Below are positions 35,601 to 43,431 of a stretch of 64,000 nucleotides of DNA, piece by piece; position 1 is the first letter of the stretch, and each line of letters begins with the position of its first letter. The position numbers and the translations under genes were made by a program. Under the pieces are notes generated by a model, which ran no database searches, was not told where the DNA came from, and saw nothing but the letters and a program-made list of their open reading frames with translations. The stretch is from NCBI GenBank assembly GCA_002869165.1, contig PKTK01000001.1, positions 93,006-157,005 on the forward strand. Reading direction: 5' to 3'. This DNA is from Candidatus Parcubacteria bacterium. Lineage in GTDB: Bacteria > Patescibacteriota > Patescibacteriia > Patescibacteriales > UBA12075.

Positions 35601-38600
35601 ACTGGCAACTATATTCTTTATGTAAATGCCGGTACTTGGTATGTGGAGACTGATATACCATCAGCTGGTTGGATGCAGTATGAACGGGCTATTTCTGTTA
35701 CTTCAGCGTCTGTTGCAAATATTAATCTTTCTCCAGATGTGGATACAGAATTTTATACAATTTCTGGGACCGTGGGTGTAACAACTGATGGAACGTACTC
35801 AACGATTGAAACTCCATTTAGCAATATGCCTATACGTGCAGTAGAATATAATTCATCCGGAGTTTATCAAGGTAAAGAATATAATTCAATTACTGATACA
35901 AATGGAGACTATAGTATTACAGTTCCGGCAGGAATTTACCGAGTGGATATTTGGACAAATCAGTATGGAGAGCTTGGAGTTAATAACCAAAATAGTAATA
36001 ATATCTTAAATGAGACAGGAATTGATGATGACTACGCCAATAGTCCAGCGAATATTAATGCAACAACTGCTAATGTTAGCAATGCTGATATAGTAGTTGT
36101 CAAAGATAATTTAAATGCTATTAGTGTAACTTTTTCCAATGGAACTAGTGACTTAGAGGCTTATCTTAATATTGAGGGGGTTGATTTCACTGGTGGCTTT
36201 CCTGAACCAACTGGATTTTACATGAATAGGCGTATTAACGATTTGACCGCGACCACGACTATTAATTTAGCTGATGGTGATTATTTTTTCTTTGTAGATA
36301 TTCCAGGTATGGGTAGTTTTATTCCCGACGCAGCTGATCGAGATGGCACTAAAGACGATATCGTGGTATCAGGAAATAGAACAGTAAATTTCACTTTGCC
36401 TGATTCTTCTAGTGAGATGTCAACAGTAAGCGGTACAGTTAGTTCTGGTGGTTCTCCAGTAGCCAATGCTTGGGTGTGGATAGGGGATCCGAGTTCATAT
36501 TACCATAGTGGTACACAAACAAGTTCAGATGGTACATATTCTTTGAGTGTACCAGCAGGTAGTAATTATCGTACTGGAGCTGATAAGCCGGGTTATCTAT
36601 CAAATGAACCAGTTAGTTTGGATGCTAGTTCAGACACAACTAAAGATTTCACTTTGACGCAGGTAAATACTGGCTTTACTATATCAGGGTATATTTATAA
36701 AGATAGCAACATTAATAGTAGTTATGACGCAGGTGAAGGAGTCCCAAACGGTTTTGTTCGAGCAGAAACTACTAAATGTACAGATTCAAGCGCTGCAGGT
36801 ACTTGTGTTAGAACTCAAGCGCCAGTTGATGGTACAGGTTATTATTCTTTGGATGTAGTTAATAATACTTTATGGAAGGTTTATGGTGTAGCTGATGGCT
36901 ATTTAGAAACTGAATATGGATCTACTGTAACTGTTGACGGAAATGAAACAGTTAATATTAAGTTAAGTACCAATGATTCATGGACAAGTAAAACCAAGAA
37001 AAAACAAATTGTTCCAGCTTCTGGTGGAAGCGTTGACGACACTGATCCAAGTGGCACAGGTGTGAAACTAACAATTCCGCCAAACGCTCTTGGTAGTTCA
37101 AATTCGGCAGGTAATGTTAATACCAAAAAAACCTCATCAGTATCACAGACTAGTTCTAGTGATCCAGTTGGTGGTACAGGTGTAAGTGTAACTGCTACAG
37201 ATAATTCTGGGCAGGCCATTACAAACCTAAATGATTATATTGACTTAGAAATGGTTATTTATAAAGCTGAGGTAGATCAGGCAATAGCTGATGAAGAGAT
37301 GACTTATACTAAACTCAAGTCAACCAAGAATGGGTATTGGGATAGTACTAGTAATGATTGGGTTAATCTAAATACTACCAGAAAGGCATATTATAAATTA
37401 ACAGGAGACACTGAATGGAGACTTTATAATGAAACAGGTACTACCACATCACAATTTGTTTCTTTTGTAACTAGAGTTCAAACAGATACAATTTCATCGG
37501 TCTTGGGTAGTGATCCAGTTGATTATAAACTTGTCTTCACATCCAAGACAAACCATTTTACAGTATTTGCTGTTATTATGCCTTTTGTGACTGCGGTTGT
37601 AACACCAGTTCCAACACCAGATCCAACACCAGATCCAGATCCTGTTGTAGTTGTTAGTTCTGGTGGTGGAGGTGGCACTAGTGTAAGTTATTGTACTAGT
37701 GTGGCTTATAGTGAATGGGGAATATGTACTGACGGAGAGCAAACAAGATCGGTTACGGATAAAAGTCCAACCAGTTGTCGCTTGACCACTGCTCAAGAAG
37801 CGGACAAAACAAGAGAATGTAGTGAAGAAGTAATAGAAGAAACAGACGAAGAGATAGTGGAAATAGAAGTAACAAGTTTGGAAGTCAGCGAAGTGAGCTT
37901 AAAAGAGATTGATAAGCTGTATTTAGAGCAAGGCTCATTTATTTTTAGGGCAGATGTAGATGAGATATTACCTGTAATGGGAAGAACTAGGGACCATAAT
38001 GGAGAATTCAGTGCTAGAAGTATATTAGTTGATAAAATGGGATTGGATTTAGGAAGTTTAGAAGCAAAGCATCAATACGCTTTGACTAATTTTATAGCTT
38101 ATGGTTCTCCTGATACCGCTAAACTTGGAGCAGGAGAAAGAGCTGGGGTAATCAATTCATTTAGATCTGCTTTTGGAAAAATTCCAGAAACTGAAAATGA
38201 TTGGTCAGATATTATTAAAATTGCTAACGGAAGATGGCCATCTCAGATAAGCAATGAAGCTGAAAAAAAAGCTGAGGATATTTTTGAAAAGATCTATTTA
38301 AAATTACCTGATAGGGAAAATTCAAATGATGATGCCGCTGTTACCGTAATTGCTTATGGCCTTAGACCAGCAAATAGAAATACTGATAGTGAGGCAGCTG
38401 CAATTAGAATATTTAAAGCAATATTTGCTTACGAACCAAGCTCTGCAACCGATTGGGATATAGTTAGAGCAATCAGTTACTCGGGTGCAGTGCGTGAGAC
38501 AGATACAGACAAAGACTTGTTACCTGATTCCCGTGAAGCAAGAATCGGAACAGATCCAAACAATCCAGATACTGATGGAGATGGTTTCTCTGATGGAATT

Positions 38601-38633
38601 GAATTGAAAAATTCGTATGACCCGTTAGATTAA
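29670..38633 (+). CDS. Giant (2,987 aa) secreted multidomain surface protein: 2x lamin-tail domain, SbsA/Big-like Ig repeats, CarboxypepD_reg-like repeats, TSP3-like Ca-binding tail
   Basis: Uninterrupted 8,964-nt ORF. LTD motifs GDEFVEIYNRADQTVPLMDWSI and NRWVEIFNRSDSPVDLTGHFM. Repeated ...FSE[AP]MDSSTIN Ig-like units. Repeated YTISGxV...TDxxGxYxL..PAGxY units. DPNNPDTDGDGFSDGIE tail. GTG start uncertain. Confidence 0.85.
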   Translation: MASLIVIMLFWSINIPISSFIKTVHASGGVTSSYMSEGMDIMMTSTSTLYEVVKFNVYDSYSGYLNSLRVDVEDLPETTGFSPNTDIPLSNTATSSGMSLWRDDGDGVFDPSSDSPAPYVSSNWSWDSSYGSWFANFNSINSTGDFAYSANNNMKMFLVFKPGVVSSSTIKGFDISIHEYKMMFGGGSSIGTWPSASDYQYFGPVWIGTEGVGGWGNPLMISEIMTASGGSTGDEFVEIYNRADQTVPLMDWSIKSADKSSSGSLTWATTLYSFASTSVDEVNPGGFALFSNGSVGTTTDWTFSSGTLNETGGYVGLFNPMEELVDWVGYGTLSDESLAEGGQAAPAPSASSSIERKAFYDSTATMMMDGGVDQYMGNSEDSNNNAADFVVRSIPGPQNRNSATEMPGGSYSSGGDDSPIIINEVYYNDDATNRWVEIFNRSDSPVDLTGHFMKHKGGSSFTFPSISINGGSYKVIHWNKSGTNSDPDIYTGTIGMDLDTYGGDLILKTAIDGDILDYVQYGNSGYANESEASSMYQWPSGDFVSQCSWQYSIGRNSVEGYDYNDSADWQSYASPSPGSPNMGGDSTAPTAVTSVVLSDADSSTSSGLDGRDITIVWNPATTQDPTFNRYEIYILPYDTQIDWNTHKPIESLYSGQYQYDSNGDPVATYTFTGGSWITMDSAGNFFADGYYKAYILVFDNAGNKSSVTQSSSVYLTGEEYTANADVTAPFIMHVGVWNAYSGSDLHLLARFEDDREMNISFPAQIAWEQGSDSSYPVLTDGVAHTDYCTLIEDSFYDCTIPWASLSSPDTSTVIGYYLIAKDAATTPNFSYMSSDWEATSASAAQASPFYIDIMSVPAEDGNGTADLSGTVYKWDGNYLASSTVFLEGMAIAPQTTNASGTFAFADDVLDYGMYNIMVFKEGYMNMVNSGYKDDTVSFWLNEGYMDYSSGGYDDGGSPYIMWTAPGDGMSGAPIDIYCTSDCSSIGSGEEPIIVAFDRPMNSSTINDQDASDSTSNIYLTTNGNDRISGKVYYDPNYNEARFYSTTHDSLSVATYYEIVVTQGVEDEQGNSIMGGNSDGSFSNSFTTIMSTSTDYSNYGTGEMNPPYVMGTTPAPGTFNVSPNQSIVVEFSEALDSSTINSSSVMVRPIINTANWTKGSSVGATVTLDQSTRRFVTINPSSDLAVYNWWVIEVRGSVYSSAGVPIIYPADGSVVFYESNFQINTTATDTTAPRVAGTYPSNSDTDISVGLGAVEVGFSESMDSTTINTQNIRLLAGSSAVSGKVSYDPTSYNAKFIPASSLLANTQYTFRVGTKVMDMAGNNLFATSTIYFKTGSSDMIAPSVMYANGDDYSVAITFSEPMNIAKQTDTSKWPYSVLNPSNYYVNAIQEEVSSWGDSVTYLSPYDTMDGTSLYGLGLSFSYDDYSNTVYIDGLNFPSGTHSFQIYVDNARDRSNNEIADSGNRAGDGSYQNAALAPIYDSADTDGALGPASYDYNMDMGDMGMMMAGAFPQNSIAGQSSVYYIDIPTMKSIPAGGKILLTFPSGFNVGSAVKDPYASINNDINEWNLGKVEIASVVGDRAARTIAITTKTSATQASDYLHMDIKGIVNSLIPKDYGTEGYFVDIKTFTSDGVLLETISTMPFFISEKGDNTISGEIHGVASGDTGTTTVYLGSPITGPMETDIYISGDGGAGADGTYSFSNLPNGEYYIFTESSILLGSATYFGNTAPEPLWVSASTTKDINLTSETSGAVAAVKVVLTGDFSTDGSPDDVDIFASSPDSWRKKTLYSVGNSSGTASTTLYLTEGDWMIGVGPAEDVLSGYMTMPDWMPPMPVYYHSDGTTPDTINVSIAGQSAYTVSGTVVDGSSNPIADAEVWAYQPMGGYGGAFTKTATDGTFTLKIPVAGVYNMGAYKQGLPEPREKVIDVTGNMTGQTIKITKPPYTISGKVVNATGNAVAYAPVWAWQDGDWGHADTMTDSTGNYILYVNAGTWYVETDIPSAGWMQYERAISVTSASVANINLSPDVDTEFYTISGTVGVTTDGTYSTIETPFSNMPIRAVEYNSSGVYQGKEYNSITDTNGDYSITVPAGIYRVDIWTNQYGELGVNNQNSNNILNETGIDDDYANSPANINATTANVSNADIVVVKDNLNAISVTFSNGTSDLEAYLNIEGVDFTGGFPEPTGFYMNRRINDLTATTTINLADGDYFFFVDIPGMGSFIPDAADRDGTKDDIVVSGNRTVNFTLPDSSSEMSTVSGTVSSGGSPVANAWVWIGDPSSYYHSGTQTSSDGTYSLSVPAGSNYRTGADKPGYLSNEPVSLDASSDTTKDFTLTQVNTGFTISGYIYKDSNINSSYDAGEGVPNGFVRAETTKCTDSSAAGTCVRTQAPVDGTGYYSLDVVNNTLWKVYGVADGYLETEYGSTVTVDGNETVNIKLSTNDSWTSKTKKKQIVPASGGSVDDTDPSGTGVKLTIPPNALGSSNSAGNVNTKKTSSVSQTSSSDPVGGTGVSVTATDNSGQAITNLNDYIDLEMVIYKAEVDQAIADEEMTYTKLKSTKNGYWDSTSNDWVNLNTTRKAYYKLTGDTEWRLYNETGTTTSQFVSFVTRVQTDTISSVLGSDPVDYKLVFTSKTNHFTVFAVIMPFVTAVVTPVPTPDPTPDPDPVVVVSSGGGGGTSVSYCTSVAYSEWGICTDGEQTRSVTDKSPTSCRLTTAQEADKTRECSEEVIEETDEEIVEIEVTSLEVSEVSLKEIDKLYLEQGSFIFRADVDEILPVMGRTRDHNGEFSARSILVDKMGLDLGSLEAKHQYALTNFIAYGSPDTAKLGAGERAGVINSFRSAFGKIPETENDWSDIIKIANGRWPSQISNEAEKKAEDIFEKIYLKLPDRENSNDDAAVTVIAYGLRPANRNTDSEAAAIRIFKAIFAYEPSSATDWDIVRAISYSGAVRETDTDKDLLPDSREARIGTDPNNPDTDGDGFSDGIELKNSYDPLD

Positions 38634-38654
38634 GAATTAATAGTAAGAGTTTTT

Positions 38655-40304
38655 ATGTCAGAAATTCTCCTAAATAATTACAATAAGTATAAAAATAAGA
38701 TCTATAATTATTTTTGGTATAGGTTTGATTTTAATACAGCAATTGCCGAGGATTTGACTCGAGAAGTTTTTATGCAGGCATTTAAGGAAATTGAAACATA
38801 TGATAAATCCAAGTCTTTCGAGGCTTGGATTTATAGTTTGGCTTATAATAATCTTAGGAGTAGATATCCCATGGGAGCTAAAAGAGTAAATTTGTCAAGA
38901 TTTAAAGAAAGGTTGCTGATTAATTTTTTTGATGAAGAATTAGTCAAAAGTAAATGGGTAGAAGTTATTTTTAGGATTCTTTCTTTGCCAGAAAAGTATC
39001 GCGAGGTTTTATTATTGCGTTACGTTGATAAGTTAGATAATAAATCTTTGAGTAGTATTTTTGATTTGGAAAAAGGTGATTTGAGAGCAAGACTTAAAAG
39101 ATCTCTAAAAGTTCTCGATGAAATAGATAAAGAATATAGCAAAGATATAGATGATGTATTTGCTAGTCTTCCTCAGATTGAACTAGGGGAAATGGCAGAC
39201 AAGAAAATAAAGATCAAACTTTTTGGTTCAGTTGCTAGAAAAGAAATGGAAGGAGTGAATTTTTTCTATTTTCATAGAAAAACGATTGTGGTAACAACCA
39301 TGGCTTTGCTTCTATTGATTATCACAGGTTTGCCTAGTTATGCTTATGCTAGCAAGGGAGTGGTACCAGGACATTCTTTGTATTCCCTTAAAACTGCTAT
39401 TGAAGAGCTTGAGTATACAGTATCACAAGATAAAGCAGAAACATTATTAAAATTTTCTGTTCGTAGAATGGAAGAAGCTAACACTTTGGCTCAAAATGAT
39501 GCGGAAGAAAAAAACATAATTTTATTAATAAACGAAGCCAGAGTAGTAAAGGAGCAGGCACTATTGATGGAGAGGATTGAAAATATCAGTGAAAAAGCAA
39601 TCGATAATTATCAAAATAGTTGTGATGATGCGTTGCGAAAAATAGCATCCAAGGTCGGAATTGAGACAAGTGAGGGAATGTTGAATACCTTAGTATTAGC
39701 CATTGAGGAAGTAAAAACTTTTGACAAGAATAGTTCGAATAAAAAAAGTGATGAGGTGAAGGAAGTTAAAGATGAATCAAAGAAAATCATTGATGAGGAG
39801 ATAGAAGAAGTATCAAAAAATAAAGTAAAGGAAGAAATAGAAGCAAAGAACAAAGAAGTAGATAGAACAGAAGAAGAAAGCCCTAAGGTAATAGAACCAA
39901 ATGAAGAAAGTAGCCTAAAGACTGAAAAAGACAATCAAAATAATAATGACAATAAAAACAGTAAAAACAATGAAGATTTGAGTATGGATGCTCAAGAAGA
40001 AGAGGAGAGCGCTAAGGTGATTCCTCCGACAGCAAATTCTGCAAATAATTTAAAAGAAAAAACTGAAAAAATCAAAAAGATCAAAGAAGATGTTGAAGAA
40101 ATGACAGAAGAATTGAAAAACAGTAGCTACCGAGAAGACGATGTAAAGAAGCTTATCGAGAAGATAAACGATAAGATTAAAAAAGCTGAAGAAGAGGAAA
40201 ATTTAAAACAAGCAGAAATTATACTAGAGCCAGCCCAGGCTTTAACAAAAAACGCAGATTATTTTATTAAAAAAGAAAATGATAACAAGAAAGACAAGCA
40301 GTGA
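38655..40304 (+). CDS. Membrane-tethered ECF sigma factor fused to a DUF5667-like anti-sigma-type ectodomain and K/E-rich tail
   Basis: Region 2 FEAWIYSLAYNNLRSRY. Region 4 YREVLLLRYVDKLDNKSLSSIF..LRARLKRSLKVL. TM IVVTTMALLLLIITGLPSYAYA, then VPGHSLYSLKTAIEELE. Starts 21 nt after the giant gene. Confidence 0.75.
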   Translation: MSEILLNNYNKYKNKIYNYFWYRFDFNTAIAEDLTREVFMQAFKEIETYDKSKSFEAWIYSLAYNNLRSRYPMGAKRVNLSRFKERLLINFFDEELVKSKWVEVIFRILSLPEKYREVLLLRYVDKLDNKSLSSIFDLEKGDLRARLKRSLKVLDEIDKEYSKDIDDVFASLPQIELGEMADKKIKIKLFGSVARKEMEGVNFFYFHRKTIVVTTMALLLLIITGLPSYAYASKGVVPGHSLYSLKTAIEELEYTVSQDKAETLLKFSVRRMEEANTLAQNDAEEKNIILLINEARVVKEQALLMERIENISEKAIDNYQNSCDDALRKIASKVGIETSEGMLNTLVLAIEEVKTFDKNSSNKKSDEVKEVKDESKKIIDEEIEEVSKNKVKEEIEAKNKEVDRTEEESPKVIEPNEESSLKTEKDNQNNNDNKNSKNNEDLSMDAQEEEESAKVIPPTANSANNLKEKTEKIKKIKEDVEEMTEELKNSSYREDDVKKLIEKINDKIKKAEEEENLKQAEIILEPAQALTKNADYFIKKENDNKKDKQ

Positions 40305-40394
40305 TTTTTGTAATTAATTGTTTATACACAGAAAAATCGTGAAAGTCCAAAAAAAAATAAAAAGAAGTAACTGAATAAGCTGTAAAATCCCTTT

Positions 40395-40426
40395 AGTAAT
40401 CGTATGTTTAGCGATTACTTTTTTTG
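40395..40426 (+). terminator. Rho-independent terminator
   Basis: agtaatcg / cgattact 8-bp stem, 9-nt loop, T7 tail. Confidence 0.7.
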
Positions 40427-40633
40427 TTTGGCTTTGTCGTGTATAATAAAAGTAGGAGTTTGACCTTGCTTACAAAAAAAATATAATCCCATGTTAAAAT
40501 TACCATACAAATTAATTTTTGCTTCATTTGCTTTTGCGATTTTAGATTTAAAAAATGACTAGCGCTTTCGTTTAGTAATTTTTTTTATTACTGTTTAATT
40601 CTATTTTGTTAGACTAACAATAAAAGGACTATT

Positions 40634-42703
40634 ATGTTAATTTTATTACGACTAACAATTGAATATACATTTCGAAGAAGGGCTATTAATGTTGCTTATG
40701 TAAATGAGCTTCCTTTGAAGACCAAGACTAGAGTTATATCAATAAAAAATGTTATAAAATATAGCGCCTTGGCTTTGCTTTTTTTTCTTGTATTAGTTTG
40801 TTTGGAGGGAATAGCCTTGGGTACGGGAACATACTACTACCTTAGAGCAGGACTGCCTATCCCGAGTGAGGAATCAATGGCAGCCATGCCAGAATCTACC
40901 AAAATATATGATAGAAATGGTGAATTTCTTTATGAAGTGCATGGGGAAGTGAAGCGCAGATTTGTTCCATTGTCTGAAATTCCAATTTATTTACAGGAAG
41001 CTACTATTGCAATAGAGGATAAGAATTTTTATAAGCATTATGGCTTTGATCCTATAGCCATTCTTAGAGCCGCTTATATTAATTATCGTAATGGAGAGAT
41101 TAGTCAGGGTGCCAGTACTATAACACAACAGCTTGCTAGGACTTTGTTTTTGAATAACGAACAAGATTATCTAAGAAAGATAAATGAATTAATACTTGCT
41201 ATTGAAATAGAAAAAAGGTTTAGTAAAGACGAAATACTAGAAATGTATTTAAATAACATCCCTTATTGATCTGTTGCTTACGGTGTTAGTGCGGCCTCTG
41301 AAATATATCTTAATAAACCAGTTAATAAGGTAAATTTTATTGAAGCAGCGCATATTGCAGCTCTGCCCAAAGCTCCGAGTAACTATTCACCTTTTGGCTC
41401 AGGTAGATTTGCTTTAGAGCAACGTGCTAAGCAAGTTTTACTTGCCATGAAAGACGCAAACATTATAACTGAAGCTGAATATAATTATGCTATAGAGGAA
41501 AATGCTCCTGAATTTGTTGATTCTCCTACGCCTATCAAGGCACCACATTTTGTTTTTTATGTTTTGGACGAGTTGAATAAGGAGTATGGGGAAAACCGAG
41601 TAAAGAATGGTGGTTTAGATATAATTACGACCCTAGATTTAAATATGCAAGAAAAAGCAGAAGAAATTGTATCTGAGTGGGGTAATATAAATGAAGAAAA
41701 ATGGGGAGCAAAGAATGCATCTCTAGTGGCAATTGACCCTAGCACTGGTGAAATATTAGCGATGGTTGGGAGCAGGGATTATTTTGAACCAGATTTTGGT
41801 GCCTTTAATGTTGCTATTAGCCCAAGGCAACCGGGCTCATCTTTTAAGCCTTATGTTTATGCAACAGCCATTTCTCAAGGTTTGTCACCGGACGATTATG
41901 TGGTTGACAGTAGAACTAATTTTGCGGAGTACAATTATGGAGTAGAATATATTCCAAGAAATTATGATGGGAAATTTAGGGGATTGATAAGTATTAGAAA
42001 AGCTTTAGCAGGTTCATTGAATGTCCCAGCTGTTAAAATAATAGTTAAAGCAGGAATAGACAAGACAATTGATATGGCTGAAAGCCTAGGGATTAGTACT
42101 TTGGGTGATAGGAATCGTTTCGGTCCATCTTTAGCGCTTGGTGGCGGAGAAGTAAAACTCCTTGAACATACTTCTGCATTTGGTGTTTTTGCAAATGGAG
42201 GGGAAAAGGCACCCCTATCTTCAATACTGCGAGTGGAGAACGGCTTAGAAAAACCAATTTATGAAAGAAATTTAGTTGATAATAAAAGAATACTTGATGA
42301 AAGAACTGCTTATTTGATGAATGATATGTTGTCAGATGCAAGTGCTAGGGAGTATATCTTTGGTAGAAATTCAAAATTAGAAATTCCTGGCCATAGGGTA
42401 GCAGCTAAAACTGGTACTACTCAAGATTTTCATGATGCCTGGACTGTTGGTTATACCCCAAGTATTGCTGTTGGGGTCTGGTCAGGAAATAATGATAATA
42501 CAGAAATGAAAGAAGGGGCAAACGGATATGTGGTGGCAACACCAATATGGCGAGAATTTATGACATATGCTTTGTCAAAGGTAGCAAAAAAAGACTTTGT
42601 TGCCCCCAGTAATCTTGAATTTAGAAATATAGAAAACATGGAAAATGAAATTGTAAAAAATAAGCAAGTTATAGAGTTAAATATTGAATCTATGACAAAT
42701 TAG
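40634..42703 (+). pseudogene. Class A penicillin-binding protein (GT51 transglycosylase + transpeptidase) interrupted by one in-frame TGA at 41267-41269
   Basis: GT51 motifs [61 protein letters not shown]. Both track ORFs (40634..41269 and 41447..42703) share one frame and 41270-41446 has no stops. Transpeptidase motifs SSFKP, SLN, KTGTT. Confidence 0.85.
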
Positions 42704-42754
42704 TGTTATATTAAAAATAGGTTTAATTCGTTCATTTATCAAAAAGGAGGAGCC

Positions 42755-43339
42755 ATGAAGAAAATTTTGTTTTTTTGTTTGTTTTTTTTATTTTTGTCAA
42801 ATTGTGTTAATGCTAGCGAAGAAAAATCATTTTATATTGAAGTTTATTATGATGTGTTTTTTATGAGAGTGTGGGAAATAAATGGAGAAGGAGCAAAAAA
42901 ACAAATTGGAGATTTTCCAGTAACTTTAACTTGGAAAAGATATAAATTACCAAAAAAAGCAAAAATTAGTTTTTTAGAACTAGATCCTGTATGGAAGCCA
43001 ACACCAAGCGTAAAAGCAAGATATTTTCAGAAGCATGGTGAACACCTAAAAGATGAGTATGGGCCAGGTGAGGAAAAGAATGCCATGGGAGCTTTTAAGT
43101 GGTATTTGGAATTTGTTGATGAACCAGGCTATTTTATGGGTGATAATTCCACTAGAGTGCATGAAGCCAAGGCTTTAGACAAAATAGGTAAAAGAGACAG
43201 CTCAGGATGTGTGAGATTGCTTCATGATGATGGTATTTTTTTAACCAAGTTAATGTGGGGGCATATGGATAGAACTATTGTATATACCACCATAGAAGCA
43301 TCAGTTGATAATTACTATAATTATCAAGCTAGAAATTAA
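42755..43339 (+). CDS. L,D-transpeptidase (YkuD family), secreted
   Basis: Signal peptide. Catalytic region RVHEAKALDKIGKRDSSGCVRLLHDD (His...SxGCxR). RBS aaaggagga. Confidence 0.85.
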   Translation: MKKILFFCLFFLFLSNCVNASEEKSFYIEVYYDVFFMRVWEINGEGAKKQIGDFPVTLTWKRYKLPKKAKISFLELDPVWKPTPSVKARYFQKHGEHLKDEYGPGEEKNAMGAFKWYLEFVDEPGYFMGDNSTRVHEAKALDKIGKRDSSGCVRLLHDDGIFLTKLMWGHMDRTIVYTTIEASVDNYYNYQARN

Positions 43340-43345
43340 AGAAGG

Positions 43346-43372
43346 AAAAAGAGCTTTTTTAGCTCTTTTTTT
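43346..43372 (+). terminator. Rho-independent terminator
   Basis: aaaaagagct / agctcttttt stem with a T-rich loop and tail. Confidence 0.6.
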
Positions 43373-43431
43373 ATGAAATAAAATTTTCTATAATGCGTAT
43401 TAATAAATGAATGAGGTAAAATTATAAAAAT

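Noticed and set aside
31222-37796. Numerous sense-alternate and antisense ORFs inside the giant gene (for example 31264-31479, 31902-32351, 35124-35579, 36899-37219, 37494-37796).
   Set aside because: All are nested in a far longer, domain-rich ORF, and their products are low-complexity and not protein-like. The same applies to antisense ORFs inside other confident genes (for example 3636-4220, 4078-4482, 12691-13192, 28509-28901, 45534-45896, 53382-53690, 55717-56061, 63434-63892).
41267-41269. Genome-wide UGA=Gly recoding (genetic code 25), suggested by the TGA at a conserved Gly in PBP1A.
   Set aside because: TGA ends several ORFs at sensible positions followed by spacers, terminators or the next gene (4539-4541, 15351-15353, 17055-17057, 20835-20837, 61627-61629). 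Long genes, including the 8.9-kb giant ORF, contain no in-frame TGA. The standard stop function fits the window, and the second interrupted gene uses TAA.
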